From: an uncultured delta proteobacterium
Lineage (GTDB): Bacteria; Myxococcota; Myxococcia; Myxococcales; Myxococcaceae
Direction of reading: 5' to 3'
NCBI GenBank assembly: GCA_963713045.1
Contig: CAVQKE010000003.1
Location: forward strand, 1,312,001-1,376,000
DNA: 64,000 nt
Position numbers and translations under genes: made by a program. The notes beneath the pieces were generated by a model. The model had not been told where the DNA came from. It was given only the letters and a program-made list of their open reading frames with translations, and ran no database searches. Of this stretch, positions 49,011-57,731 are shown piece after piece. The stretch's first letter is position 1, and each line of letters starts with the position of its first letter.

Positions 49011-50012
49011 GTGAGTTTTTCCGCGTTCGCTGCGCTCGCGGCCAAGCAGGGCTTGGTGCCGTTCGAATACGAGCCAAGCCCGCTGCGGCCTCAAGACGTC
49101 GAAATCGTCATCTCCCACTGTGGCCTATGCCACAGCGATGTGCACCTCATCGACAACGACTGGTCGACAAGCGTCTATCCGCTGGTACCAGGCCACGAGA
49201 TTGTGGGCACGGTAGCGGCAGTCGGGAACGACTGCCCGCTGCGGGTGGGGGAACGCGTCGGCGTTGGCTGGCAGCGGTCGGCATGTCTCCAGTGCGAGCA
49301 GTGCCGCGCCGGGGAGGAGCAGCTGTGCCCCTACCAGGAGGCGACGTGCGTTCGGCACATGGGCGGCTTCGCCGGGCGCATCCGCATCGACGGCCATTTC
49401 GCCTTCCCACTTCCGCCGGCGCTGGATTCGGCGTCTGCGGCGCCACTCCTCTGTGCCGGAGTGACGGTCTTCGCCCCGCTGCGGCGTTGGAAGGTCCGGG
49501 CCGGAGCCCGGGTGGGGGTCATCGGGATTGGTGGCCTCGGGCACCTCGCGCTGCGTTTCCTGCGGGCGATGGGCTGTGAGGCGACGGCCTTCACCTCCTC
49601 TTCTGACAAGCACCAAGCGGCGCTGGAGTTGGGCGCCACGGCGGTCGCTTCCTCGACCAACCCGAAGGAATTGCGTGCGCTGGCCAACCGTTTGGACTTC
49701 TTGCTGTGCACCGTCCCGGCGCGCCTGGACTGGGTAAGCTACCTGCAGACGCTGAAGCCGAATGGCGTGCTTTGCCTCGTTGGCGCACCTCCTGGGCTAC
49801 TCCAGCTTCCGGCGTCACAGCTGGTGACCAGCCAGCGCGCCATTTGCGGCAGCGACATCGGTAGCCCTTCTGCCATCCGAGAGATGTTGGCTTTTGCGGC
49901 GGAGCACGGCATCGGCGCGCAGGTCGAGACGGCGCCGATGCCCGAAGTGAATGCGGCCGTGCAGCGCTTGCGTGAGAACCGGGTGCGCTACCGGATGGTC
50001 CTCACCAACTAG
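49011..50012 (+). CDS. Zn-dependent NAD(P)-linked alcohol dehydrogenase (CAD/Ahr-like)
   Basis: CGLCHSD, PGHEIVG, CxxCxxC-x7-C, APLLCAG, GIGGLGH. Confidence 0.92.
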   Translation: MSFSAFAALAAKQGLVPFEYEPSPLRPQDVEIVISHCGLCHSDVHLIDNDWSTSVYPLVPGHEIVGTVAAVGNDCPLRVGERVGVGWQRSACLQCEQCRAGEEQLCPYQEATCVRHMGGFAGRIRIDGHFAFPLPPALDSASAAPLLCAGVTVFAPLRRWKVRAGARVGVIGIGGLGHLALRFLRAMGCEATAFTSSSDKHQAALELGATAVASSTNPKELRALANRLDFLLCTVPARLDWVSYLQTLKPNGVLCLVGAPPGLLQLPASQLVTSQRAICGSDIGSPSAIREMLAFAAEHGIGAQVETAPMPEVNAAVQRLRENRVRYRMVLTN

Positions 50013-51613
50013 GGCGGACCCGCCGGTAATTCGTCCACCACCGTCGGGCCGCGGTACTCGGCAAAATGTGCAAACCAAGGTTGTAGCTTGCGCCGCTGAA
50101 TTTTCCCGGTGTGGGTGCGGGGAATGGGCCGGGCGCCGTGGAGCACCACTTTGGGCCGCTCGGCAACGGGCATGGCCTCGATGGCCGCCACCAGCCGGCT
50201 GCGGAGCGAGTCGTCACAGCCGTCCATTTCGAGGTAGGCGCCCACTTCCTCGCCATGCTCGCGGTGCGGGAAGCCGAGCACCACCAGGCGGCCGGACAAC
50301 TCAGGCAGCGCCTCGACCAGCCGCTGTTCCAGGCGCAGCGGGCTGTACTTCTCCGCATCGCGGATGATGATTTCCTTCAGCCGGCCGGTGACGAAGTGGA
50401 TGGGCCGCTCGCGGTGCAGTCGAAAGAAGCCTTCGTCACCGGTATGCAGCCAACCCTCGGCGTCGATGGTGCGCGCGGTGTTGTCCGGGTCGCGAAAATA
50501 ACCACTCATCAGTGAGTGGCCACGGACCAGCAGCTCTCCGCGCCTGCCCTCCGGGGCCGGCGCGCCGCTGTCGTCCACCACGCGCACCTCGGTTCCTTCC
50601 AGGGCCGGTCCAATCGACGGCACCTCCCAGGCGAACATCAGTCGGCCGTGCTCTTCCGCTGTCTCAAACGGCGACACGCAGCAGGCGAAGTTGGTGTATT
50701 CGGACAGCCCCCAGCCCTGGATGAGGGGGATGCCGGTGCGCGTCTCAAAGTTGTGGGCGACTTCCACCGGCAGCGGCGCCGAGGACACCATCAAATGGCG
50801 CAGTGTCGGGACTCGCTCTCGGCTGACGCCCGCCGCCATCAGCTGCGGGATGAGCGAGGGCACAACGCTGGAGACTTCAACCGACTCGGCGACAACCACC
50901 CGGGCCCAGGTGAAAGGCTCGAGCCTTTCTGAGAAAACCAGGTGCCCGCCCGTCGACAGGGCCGTCATCAGCCCGAAGCCGAAAGCATGTGCGTGGTAGA
51001 GGGGCAGAACCGCGTATTGGGTGGTGCCCTCCAGGCGGAAGTTGAGCGCCATACTCCACGCGTTGGCGATGAGGTTGCGCTGGCGCAGCGCCACGCCCTT
51101 CGGGTTCCCAGTCGTGCCGGAGGTGTAGAGGATGGCCGCCAACTGCTCGCCGAGGCCGCTCGGCGCCTCAGCCGGCCGCCCGGTGAGGGCAAACACCTCT
51201 TCCAGCGGCAGCGCGAACTCCGGCCGGGAAACCGCCGGGACGCGGCTCAAAAGTTCGCTGGTGGCACACAGGCCGCGCGCGCCCGAGTGCCCGAGGATGT
51301 AGGCCCAGTCCTCGATGGCTGAACCGGGGTTAAGCGGGACCACCACCGCGCCCAGTCGCAACAGCGCCAGCACCAACACCGGCACTTCGAGGCGGTTGGG
51401 CGCAAGGACGGCGACGCAGTCTCCTTGACGCACCGCAAACCTCTCCGCCAGCCCTCCGGCCAGCGCCTCGACGCGCGCGCCCAGTTCCCCATAGGAAAGG
51501 CGCCCGTCGAGCGCCTTGCCGCGGTAGAAGCTGAGCGCCGGGCGCTGTTGGTGCGGCGCCAGTTGGGCCAGAAGCGCCGGAAAGTCGCTGGCCGGGGGCG
51601 TCTTCACCACCAC
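50009..51613 (-). CDS. AMP-dependent acyl-CoA/acyl-ACP ligase (ANL adenylating enzyme)
   Basis: YTSGTTGNPKG, GWGLSE, WLHTGD, GRLKEII, PRTHTGKIQR. Confidence 0.92.
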   Translation of the reverse strand: MVVKTPPASDFPALLAQLAPHQQRPALSFYRGKALDGRLSYGELGARVEALAGGLAERFAVRQGDCVAVLAPNRLEVPVLVLALLRLGAVVVPLNPGSAIEDWAYILGHSGARGLCATSELLSRVPAVSRPEFALPLEEVFALTGRPAEAPSGLGEQLAAILYTSGTTGNPKGVALRQRNLIANAWSMALNFRLEGTTQYAVLPLYHAHAFGFGLMTALSTGGHLVFSERLEPFTWARVVVAESVEVSSVVPSLIPQLMAAGVSRERVPTLRHLMVSSAPLPVEVAHNFETRTGIPLIQGWGLSEYTNFACCVSPFETAEEHGRLMFAWEVPSIGPALEGTEVRVVDDSGAPAPEGRRGELLVRGHSLMSGYFRDPDNTARTIDAEGWLHTGDEGFFRLHRERPIHFVTGRLKEIIIRDAEKYSPLRLEQRLVEALPELSGRLVVLGFPHREHGEEVGAYLEMDGCDDSLRSRLVAAIEAMPVAERPKVVLHGARPIPRTHTGKIQRRKLQPWFAHFAEYRGPTVVDELPAGPP

Positions 51614-51614
51614 C

Positions 51615-52214
51615 CTAGTAACCGACTTCGAAGCCGTACTGGTAGGAGGCCTGAAGGCGCTCGGAAAGGATGTTGAGTTCGCCCTCGTGAAAGCGCCAAT
51701 TGATGTCCGGCGCCGCCTCCTCCAGGGTGGTGACGCCAAAATAGAGCGGCTGAAAGCCCATGTCGACGTAGGCCTTGGCGAGACTGGAGGCGACCGCCAC
51801 CTCGTCGGCAAAGATGGGCTCGCGGTGGCCCAGGCCCTTGAAGCTGGACTTGGAGATTGCGCCAATGCGGCCGTTGGGCGCCCAATACAGCGCGACGCAG
51901 TGGCCCACCTCCTCCCCCGACGCCGGGTCTCGCCGGTGGATGGCCAACAGCCGCCGCTGAATGTGTCCGCACAACAGCTCCAACAGCCCATAAGAAAGGA
52001 TGGCCGCGTCGATGCAGGTGATGCGGCTGCTATGGAGCGACGAGCGCACCGACTGAATGCGGTAGTTGGCTCGCCAGTCGTCCAAGTACTGGTAGTTGTC
52101 GATGACCCGCCGAACGTCCTCCGGCGCTGACAACGGGCCGCCGCCGGACATTTCCAGAAGGCGGGCCAGGTCGCCTTCGCTGTAGCCCAGGCTCTCGACC
52201 GCGGGACTGAGCAA
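51615..52214 (-). CDS. Transglutaminase-fold (vasohibin-like) cysteine peptidase, putative
   Basis: ITCIDAA...GHCVALY...GRIGAISKS, a Cys/His/Ser arrangement. Start uncertain (TTG 52214 or ATG 52151). Confidence 0.6.
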   Translation of the reverse strand: MLSPAVESLGYSEGDLARLLEMSGGGPLSAPEDVRRVIDNYQYLDDWRANYRIQSVRSSLHSSRITCIDAAILSYGLLELLCGHIQRRLLAIHRRDPASGEEVGHCVALYWAPNGRIGAISKSSFKGLGHREPIFADEVAVASSLAKAYVDMGFQPLYFGVTTLEEAAPDINWRFHEGELNILSERLQASYQYGFEVGY

Positions 52215-52227
52215 AGCCCGCGCCGCG

Positions 52228-53271
52228 CTATTCGGAGAGCAGGTCACACGGCATACGCGGCACCGTTGCGAAGTTCGCGTAGAAGGTGTCGATGCCGTCC
52301 ATGAAGAGAAGGAGGTGCTCGGCCATATTCTTGGCCACATTGAGAGCGTCGTTCACCTCGGAACGCGTCAGCGGCGGAACGCTCTCACACATTTGCAGGA
52401 AGGCGTTGGCGTGCCCGAGATTCTGGTCGGCTTTGGTATGGGCGATGAACGAGTCGATGACTCTCCCCGTGTAGGGGTAGTGCGTCCGCATCGCCTCGTA
52501 GAACTGGTTCACCGCTCCGCTCGCCCCGCCGTCTTCGTTTTCCGTCATCTGCAACAACTCGTTGCCCGAATAGTACGAAAAGGAACCGCGCTGTGCCGAC
52601 TCGCTCAGGTAGTTGACCAGCGCACGGGTCGACGGCAGCGGCTGCGAGCGGAGAACCACGTCGTCCGGGAAAAGGCTTCGCAGCCCTTTGCGGTAAATGT
52701 CGCCGTGCGTGTATTCCTCGATGAAGTGCCGGGCGAGGTGAGGCATCATCTCCGGCGTGGCGTTGGCGGCGGCGATGCCCATGTGCTCGAACGCGGCCTC
52801 GATGTAGTGGTACTTCTCAAAGGCAAAGCCAAGCACCTGAGCGCGACTGGCGCGGCCGCTGACGATTTTTTCCCACAGCGGATGCTGGTAGACGTCCTGG
52901 AGCCAATAGTTGCAGAGCTCGCGGTGCAGCTGGTGAAACTCCACGCCGCTCATCAGCACCCCGTCATCCTGCCCGGAGAGGAAGGCCACCACGCCGGCCT
53001 TCTCCAGCGGCTCCAGCAACGCCCGCAGCCGCGCCGGGGCCTCGGACAGCTTTGTTCCAGTCGTCGCCAGTGGGGTCTTGCCGTCGAGGTAAGGCTCAAG
53101 CGTCGTGAAGAGCTGCGCCGCCGCACCCTCGAGCGTGACCTCATCGCGAAGATGGCGGATGGCCACCTGCCCGTTTTCGCGAACGACGGATGCGCCGCGT
53201 CTCAGCAGGGGTAAGTCCTTGGAAGAGGGCGCCGACGCGCCCACGGTTGCCTTCGCCGTCTGCATGTTCAT
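52228..53271 (-). CDS. Heme-oxygenase-like diiron oxidase (TenA/PqqC/CADD fold) with RRE-like N-terminal domain, copy 2
   Basis: HPLW, EKYHY, EEYTH and HTKADQNLGH candidate metal ligands; N-terminal beta strands followed by helices ending LEKAGVV. Confidence 0.8.
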   Translation of the reverse strand: MNMQTAKATVGASAPSSKDLPLLRRGASVVRENGQVAIRHLRDEVTLEGAAAQLFTTLEPYLDGKTPLATTGTKLSEAPARLRALLEPLEKAGVVAFLSGQDDGVLMSGVEFHQLHRELCNYWLQDVYQHPLWEKIVSGRASRAQVLGFAFEKYHYIEAAFEHMGIAAANATPEMMPHLARHFIEEYTHGDIYRKGLRSLFPDDVVLRSQPLPSTRALVNYLSESAQRGSFSYYSGNELLQMTENEDGGASGAVNQFYEAMRTHYPYTGRVIDSFIAHTKADQNLGHANAFLQMCESVPPLTRSEVNDALNVAKNMAEHLLLFMDGIDTFYANFATVPRMPCDLLSE

Positions 53272-53275
53272 CGCC

Positions 53276-54271
53276 TCAATCGACCCGGACGTCGAATGGG
53301 CGCCGGGGAATCGGATTCGATTCAACTTGGTAGTACTTCTCGATGTTGTCGGTCCACAGCCAGATGTGCTCCACCAACTGGTGGCCGTAGTCCAACACCT
53401 TCGAAGCGCGCTCGGCTGACATCTGCGGCACGTGCTCCAGAATGTCTTTGAACAAGTCTGAGTGTTGGTATTTCACGTCCAAGTCGAGGTGCGCGTAAAT
53501 GGGAGTGATGGCCCCTTTCGGCAGTCCGTACAGCTCCGCCGACTTCTCGTAATAGGGGTTGTAAGTCGAGCGGTCGGTGGTGGTCCCTTCGAGGACTGCC
53601 GAGCAGATGGAGTAGGCCAGCACGTCCTCGCGGGCCGCTTGCCGCATGAAGTTGGACAGCGCCAGCGTCATCGGCAGCGGCACCGACTCGGCAATTTGTG
53701 GCTCGGTGAAGCCCAACTCCTTCAGCGACTTCATGAAGTAGTGGAAGTGGTTCCACTCCTCTGCGTAGTGCTTGGCACGCAGCTGCTTGATGGGCTTCTC
53801 GTGGGCGTGTGCACAGGACAGCGGCATGTGCCGGTTGGCATTCTTGGTGTAGTGGTAGAGCTCAATCAGCCAGCCGGTGAAAAGCCGCGCCGAACCCCGG
53901 CCGCTCATCATCCGTTCCCAGAAGGGATGCTCGAAGGCCTCGGACAGCCAGCTCTTGAGGACGACGTTGAAGCGGGTATGAAAGTCGAGCCCCGTCATCG
54001 ACTTCGGCGTGTCGTCCACCTTGTACAAAAGGCCAGACCTCTCCAGCGCCTCGATGAACTTCGGCACCTTGGCCTCGTCCATGTCAAGTTGGCGCGCCAA
54101 GTCCGCCACGCCTCGCACGCTGGGCAGCCACTCGGTGACGCCTTGGTACCAGGCGAATTCCTTCTCGCCGAGTTCGACCACGCGGTCGCTCAAGCGAAGC
54201 TCACGGCGCCCAGGCGAGGCCTTCACCTCGTAGACGCGCTTGGTTCGGTAGGCATTCTGAATCGATGTCAT
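53276..54271 (-). CDS. Heme-oxygenase-like diiron oxidase with RRE-like N-terminal domain, copy 1
   Basis: HPFW, ELYHY, EEWNH, VLEG, HLDLDVKYQH; N-terminal winged-helix-like domain ending LERSGLL; GGGGAG RBS. Confidence 0.8.
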   Translation of the reverse strand: MTSIQNAYRTKRVYEVKASPGRRELRLSDRVVELGEKEFAWYQGVTEWLPSVRGVADLARQLDMDEAKVPKFIEALERSGLLYKVDDTPKSMTGLDFHTRFNVVLKSWLSEAFEHPFWERMMSGRGSARLFTGWLIELYHYTKNANRHMPLSCAHAHEKPIKQLRAKHYAEEWNHFHYFMKSLKELGFTEPQIAESVPLPMTLALSNFMRQAAREDVLAYSICSAVLEGTTTDRSTYNPYYEKSAELYGLPKGAITPIYAHLDLDVKYQHSDLFKDILEHVPQMSAERASKVLDYGHQLVEHIWLWTDNIEKYYQVESNPIPRRPFDVRVD

Positions 54272-54316
54272 GTGCGCTCTCCCCCGAGCACCACTCTGTT
54301 TTGACGAGCGCCGCGC

Positions 54317-54346
54317 ACACTAAGTGGCGCGCGCGCGCGCGGTCAA
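54317..54346 (-). promoter_or_regulatory. Sigma70-like promoter for the diiron oxidase operon
   Basis: TTGACC-N18-TAGTGT on the minus strand; spacer contains (GC)7. Confidence 0.45.
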
Positions 54347-54417
54347 CACCGCGCGAGGTGGGTCAATCGCACGCCAGCGCAGTGTCAAACATCGGGCACC
54401 CGTGAGAGATTTCGGGC

Positions 54418-55023
54418 ATGGGTACGTATTTACCCGAGGCATTTCGCCTCGAAGACCGCCCCACGCTGCTGGCCCACGCGGCGGCCCACCCGTTCGCAAC
54501 CGTCGTCACGCATGGCGAGGGCGGCCTTTCGGTAAGCCACCTGCCGCTTCTGGTGGATGCACAGCGTGGCGTCCTCCGGGGACACCTCGCCCGGGCGAAC
54601 CCTCAGCTTGCAGATTTTTCGGCAGGCCTTGAAGCGCTGGCCATCTTTCATGGCCCCCACGCCTACGTGTCTCCATCAGTTTATGTGGAGCACCCCAGCG
54701 TCCCGACATGGAACTACGCGGTGGTTCACATTCGAGGGGCGGCCAAATTGCTCGACGAACCAGCCCTCCGAAAACTGCTGGACGACCTGGTTGCGCACTT
54801 TGACCGTACCGGTTGGCGGCTGGAGGCACCTGAGGAATATGTCCAGTCGGCGCTGGCTGCCATCGCCGGTTTCGAAATCCCCATCCAGCAATTGGAAGGA
54901 AAGTGGAAGCTGAGTCAAAACCGCTCCCTGGCCGACCAGCAGCGCGTGGCCGCCTGGCTGGAAGGCGGAGACGAAGCGAGCCGAGCAGTCGCCGCCTTAA
55001 TGCACTTGCGCCTGTTGCCGTAG
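54418..55023 (+). CDS. PaiB-family FMN/heme-binding split-barrel protein
   Basis: SHLPLL, GHLARANP, GPHAYVSP, VPTWNY, KWKLSQN. Confidence 0.9.
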   Translation: MGTYLPEAFRLEDRPTLLAHAAAHPFATVVTHGEGGLSVSHLPLLVDAQRGVLRGHLARANPQLADFSAGLEALAIFHGPHAYVSPSVYVEHPSVPTWNYAVVHIRGAAKLLDEPALRKLLDDLVAHFDRTGWRLEAPEEYVQSALAAIAGFEIPIQQLEGKWKLSQNRSLADQQRVAAWLEGGDEASRAVAALMHLRLLP

Positions 55024-55313
55024 CAGGACTGGCATTCCGGCATACACCGGCAGCACCAAGGCGGCTCCAACGGCAAGGCGACCTTCTACTTGCCATCACG
55101 CAACAGCCGCGGCCCTTGCCTTGTTGAATGGTGCGCCATGTCCACCTGAAACGGTTGCACAGTTCCCGGACCGCTCGGATTTCTTCACTTGTCACATGCT
55201 TCATGCGTGTGCTTCAGCTACCTCCAGAACATTCGCCAGCGTCTTGACGGACGTCGCAGAGACCCATCGGCGAATGCCGGCCGAGATGGGGGCCGCGGAC
55301 CACTGAGGAAAGA

Positions 55314-56288
55314 ATGTCGGAAAGGGAACTGCGCCGTGGCGACCTGGTCGAAGTCCGGAGTCCTGCAGAGATTCTGGCCACCTTGGACGAGCGGGGCGAC
55401 CTGGACGGGTTGCCCTTCATGCCAGAGATGGCCGCCTACTGCGGTCAACGTTTCACGGTCGCGGCACGAGCAGAGAAGGTTTGTGACTCGGTCGATTTCA
55501 GCGGCAGTCGCCGGCTGCCCCACGCCGTCCTGCTGGAGGACCTGCGCTGCGACGGGAGTGGGCACGACGGCTGTCAGGCCGAGTGCCGGCTGTTTTGGAA
55601 GGAGGCTTGGCTGAATCGGGTTTCTGCGGACGCGCCAACTCCTGCGCCCTTCCCGGAACAGGACCGTTCGGCACTTCTTGAACGGGCCTCGCGACAGGTC
55701 CGTTCCATGCAGCGCATCGACAACAAAGAAGCACTGCGCTACCGCTGCCAGGCAACCGAACTTCCCCACTATACGCAGCACTTGAGGACCTTCGACCCGC
55801 GTCCCTACGTACGCGAGCTGACGTCAGGCAACGTTGGATTGGCTCGCTTCGTGCGCATCATGGCACGTGCCGTCGTCGAGGAGCCGCAGGTGAAGCTGGG
55901 ATTGATGCCGAGCGTCTATCTTTCGGGGACGGCCCAAAGGGGCGAAACCTTCGAGGCACTCAACCTCCAAGTGGGCGAGCTGGTTCGCGTTAAGTCGAAG
56001 GAGGAGATTGCGAAGACGCTGGACCCCCGCGGAATGAACAAGGGCCTACGGTTCGACCGCGAAATGCTTCCCTTCTGCGGTCAGGTCTTCAAAGTTCGCC
56101 AGCGCGTGGTGCGCTTCATTGACGAACCGAAGAGCTTGATGGTGGTGCTGAAAAACGATGCCATCCTCCTCGACGGCGCCTACTGCATGGGCGAACTCAA
56201 TCCAAGGAGGTGGTTTTGTCCTCGCGGCATCTACGCCTTCTGGCGGGAATGCTGGCTCGAGCGTGTCGAGCAGAAGCCGCTCAGCTGA
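55314..56288 (+). CDS. Cys-rich protein with two tandem homologous domains, unknown function
   Basis: Two repeats of G-LV-V-S--EI--TLD--G---GL-F--EM---CGQ-F-V...C-G...C...FW-E-WL-RV. Confidence 0.75.
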   Translation: MSERELRRGDLVEVRSPAEILATLDERGDLDGLPFMPEMAAYCGQRFTVAARAEKVCDSVDFSGSRRLPHAVLLEDLRCDGSGHDGCQAECRLFWKEAWLNRVSADAPTPAPFPEQDRSALLERASRQVRSMQRIDNKEALRYRCQATELPHYTQHLRTFDPRPYVRELTSGNVGLARFVRIMARAVVEEPQVKLGLMPSVYLSGTAQRGETFEALNLQVGELVRVKSKEEIAKTLDPRGMNKGLRFDREMLPFCGQVFKVRQRVVRFIDEPKSLMVVLKNDAILLDGAYCMGELNPRRWFCPRGIYAFWRECWLERVEQKPLS

Positions 56289-56391
56289 CAGTTTGACGCT
56301 GTCAGCCGTGCGCAAGGCTCGTCTTGCAACAGGAGAAGTCACCCGGGGCCCTGGGGGCTTCAGTGCCAGCCCCCCTTGGCCGCGTGATGCC

Positions 56392-56544
56392 TTATTCGGC
56401 GAGGACGCCTCGCGGCCGAACTGGCACTTCTAGCTTCCGCACCGTCACCTTGAACTCGGCCTCGTCCTTGGAAGCCTCAGTCGTGTCATCGACTGGATTC
56501 TCCCGCGGGACCTCAGCGTCCTTCAGCGTGTCTTCGTTCGTCAT
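56392..56544 (-). CDS. Putative RiPP precursor peptide A2 (50 aa): MTNEDTLKDAEVPRENPVDDTTEASKDEAEFKVTVRKLEVPVRPRGVLAE
   Basis: ATG at 56544 preceded by AGGGAG; paralog of 48836-48991. Confidence 0.85.
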   Translation of the reverse strand: MTNEDTLKDAEVPRENPVDDTTEASKDEAEFKVTVRKLEVPVRPRGVLAE

Positions 56545-56752
56545 GGCTGCTCGCTCTCCCTGGTTGGATGCTTCAGTTGGTTTCGGGCCCCCTCCGGACG
56601 AGCTGACGCTTTGGGTGACTGGCGTCTGCGCAGCGCTCCGTCGCCCCCCTTCAACATCGTCCAGCCGTCTAGCACGCAGTCCCAAACCCGAAAATGGGGC
56701 GACCTTGACCCAGAGATTGACCCGAGAGAGTTAGTGAAATTTAAGGTGGCTC

Positions 56753-57010
56753 ATGACCGACGAGACAATCGCGCGCCGGCTACGCGAGCTTCTGGCGTAC
56801 CATTCGGGTGCACCGGAGGCGAGCTTGCGAGGCGATTCCACTCCGCAAAACACCGAGGGCTGGGACTCGTTGGCAAATCTCAACCTGATGGCTGCCATCG
56901 AGGACGAGTTTGGTGTCACCATTGCGACCCGAGACGTCATCAAACTGAAATCCCTCGGTGACATCGCCGCCTATGTCCAGGCCAATGCGGTGACGGGCCA
57001 GACTGGATGA
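56753..57010 (+). CDS. Acyl carrier protein
   Basis: GWDSLA phosphopantetheine motif, IEDEFGV. Confidence 0.9.
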   Translation: MTDETIARRLRELLAYHSGAPEASLRGDSTPQNTEGWDSLANLNLMAAIEDEFGVTIATRDVIKLKSLGDIAAYVQANAVTGQTG

Positions 57011-57723
57011 CGCTGGCCCGGATGCGCGAGGGACGAACATTCGAGCAGAAACAGGACGACTCGGCGGCGGAGAGAGTCTTCCAACTGGTCCGCAAGGCTG
57101 CCCACTCTCTGCGGCTTTCGCCAGTCCTGTCCGTCGAGCGTTGCATCGTGGTCGAGCTCCGGAATCCTCCCGTCGCGACCCGCGGTCTTTCGGATTTGGT
57201 CATCCGCCTCGCCCAGCCCGGAGACATTCCGGCGCTGGTCAAGCTCGACAACCGCGAAGCCGGGGTCTTGCAGGCTCGCCTAGACCGGGGTGACCTGATT
57301 TTCCTTGGGCAGCTCGACCAGGAAGTTGTCTGCTGCACCTGTTTTCACCGGGGACCGACGCCGTTTGACGACGAGCGCGACAGCATCGCGCGCTGGGCGC
57401 TGGACGACGCGACGACGTATTGGTCCTACGACGCCATGGCACCACTCGCGATGCGCTCTGCGGGAGTGGTGGCCAAACTGTTCCAATTCGCCCTGCACGA
57501 GGTTTTCGACGTGCGTGGCGGGCGCCTGGTGCGCGGGTTCATCCACGACTGGAATCGACCCTCGCTCATGCTCCACCAGCGGCTGGGTTTCTCCGCCTCC
57601 GGCAGGGCGACCGCCATCGCGATTCCTGGCCTAAAATGGCTGCGCTGGGAGAGTGGTGGCCTCACCCGCCAGTGGGTGCTTCCTCGCCACAGCGACTTTG
57701 CGTTGCCACCTGCCCAGACTTGA
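57007..57723 (+). CDS. GNAT-family acyltransferase
   Basis: IRLAQPGD, MRSAGV, NRPSLMLHQRLGF; start overlaps the ACP stop (ATGA). Confidence 0.7.
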   Translation: MTLARMREGRTFEQKQDDSAAERVFQLVRKAAHSLRLSPVLSVERCIVVELRNPPVATRGLSDLVIRLAQPGDIPALVKLDNREAGVLQARLDRGDLIFLGQLDQEVVCCTCFHRGPTPFDDERDSIARWALDDATTYWSYDAMAPLAMRSAGVVAKLFQFALHEVFDVRGGRLVRGFIHDWNRPSLMLHQRLGFSASGRATAIAIPGLKWLRWESGGLTRQWVLPRHSDFALPPAQT

Positions 57724-57731
57724 GGGCCGTC

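Noticed and set aside
48836..56544. Inverted repeats as transposon or invertible-segment ends
   Set aside because: Similarity is confined to coding sequence with synonymous divergence, and no transposase or recombinase is in the window.
48836..56544. PQQ or mycofactocin biosynthesis (PqqC-fold enzyme, small peptide, dehydrogenase)
   Set aside because: The peptides lack ExxxY and IDGxCGVY, there is no radical SAM enzyme, and the dehydrogenase is a Zn/NAD(P) type.
56705..56729. Direct repeat TTGACCC-AGAGA / TTGACCC-GAGAGA between precursor A2 and ACP2
   Set aside because: Only two short copies and no well-spaced -10 element; could be an operator but support is too weak.
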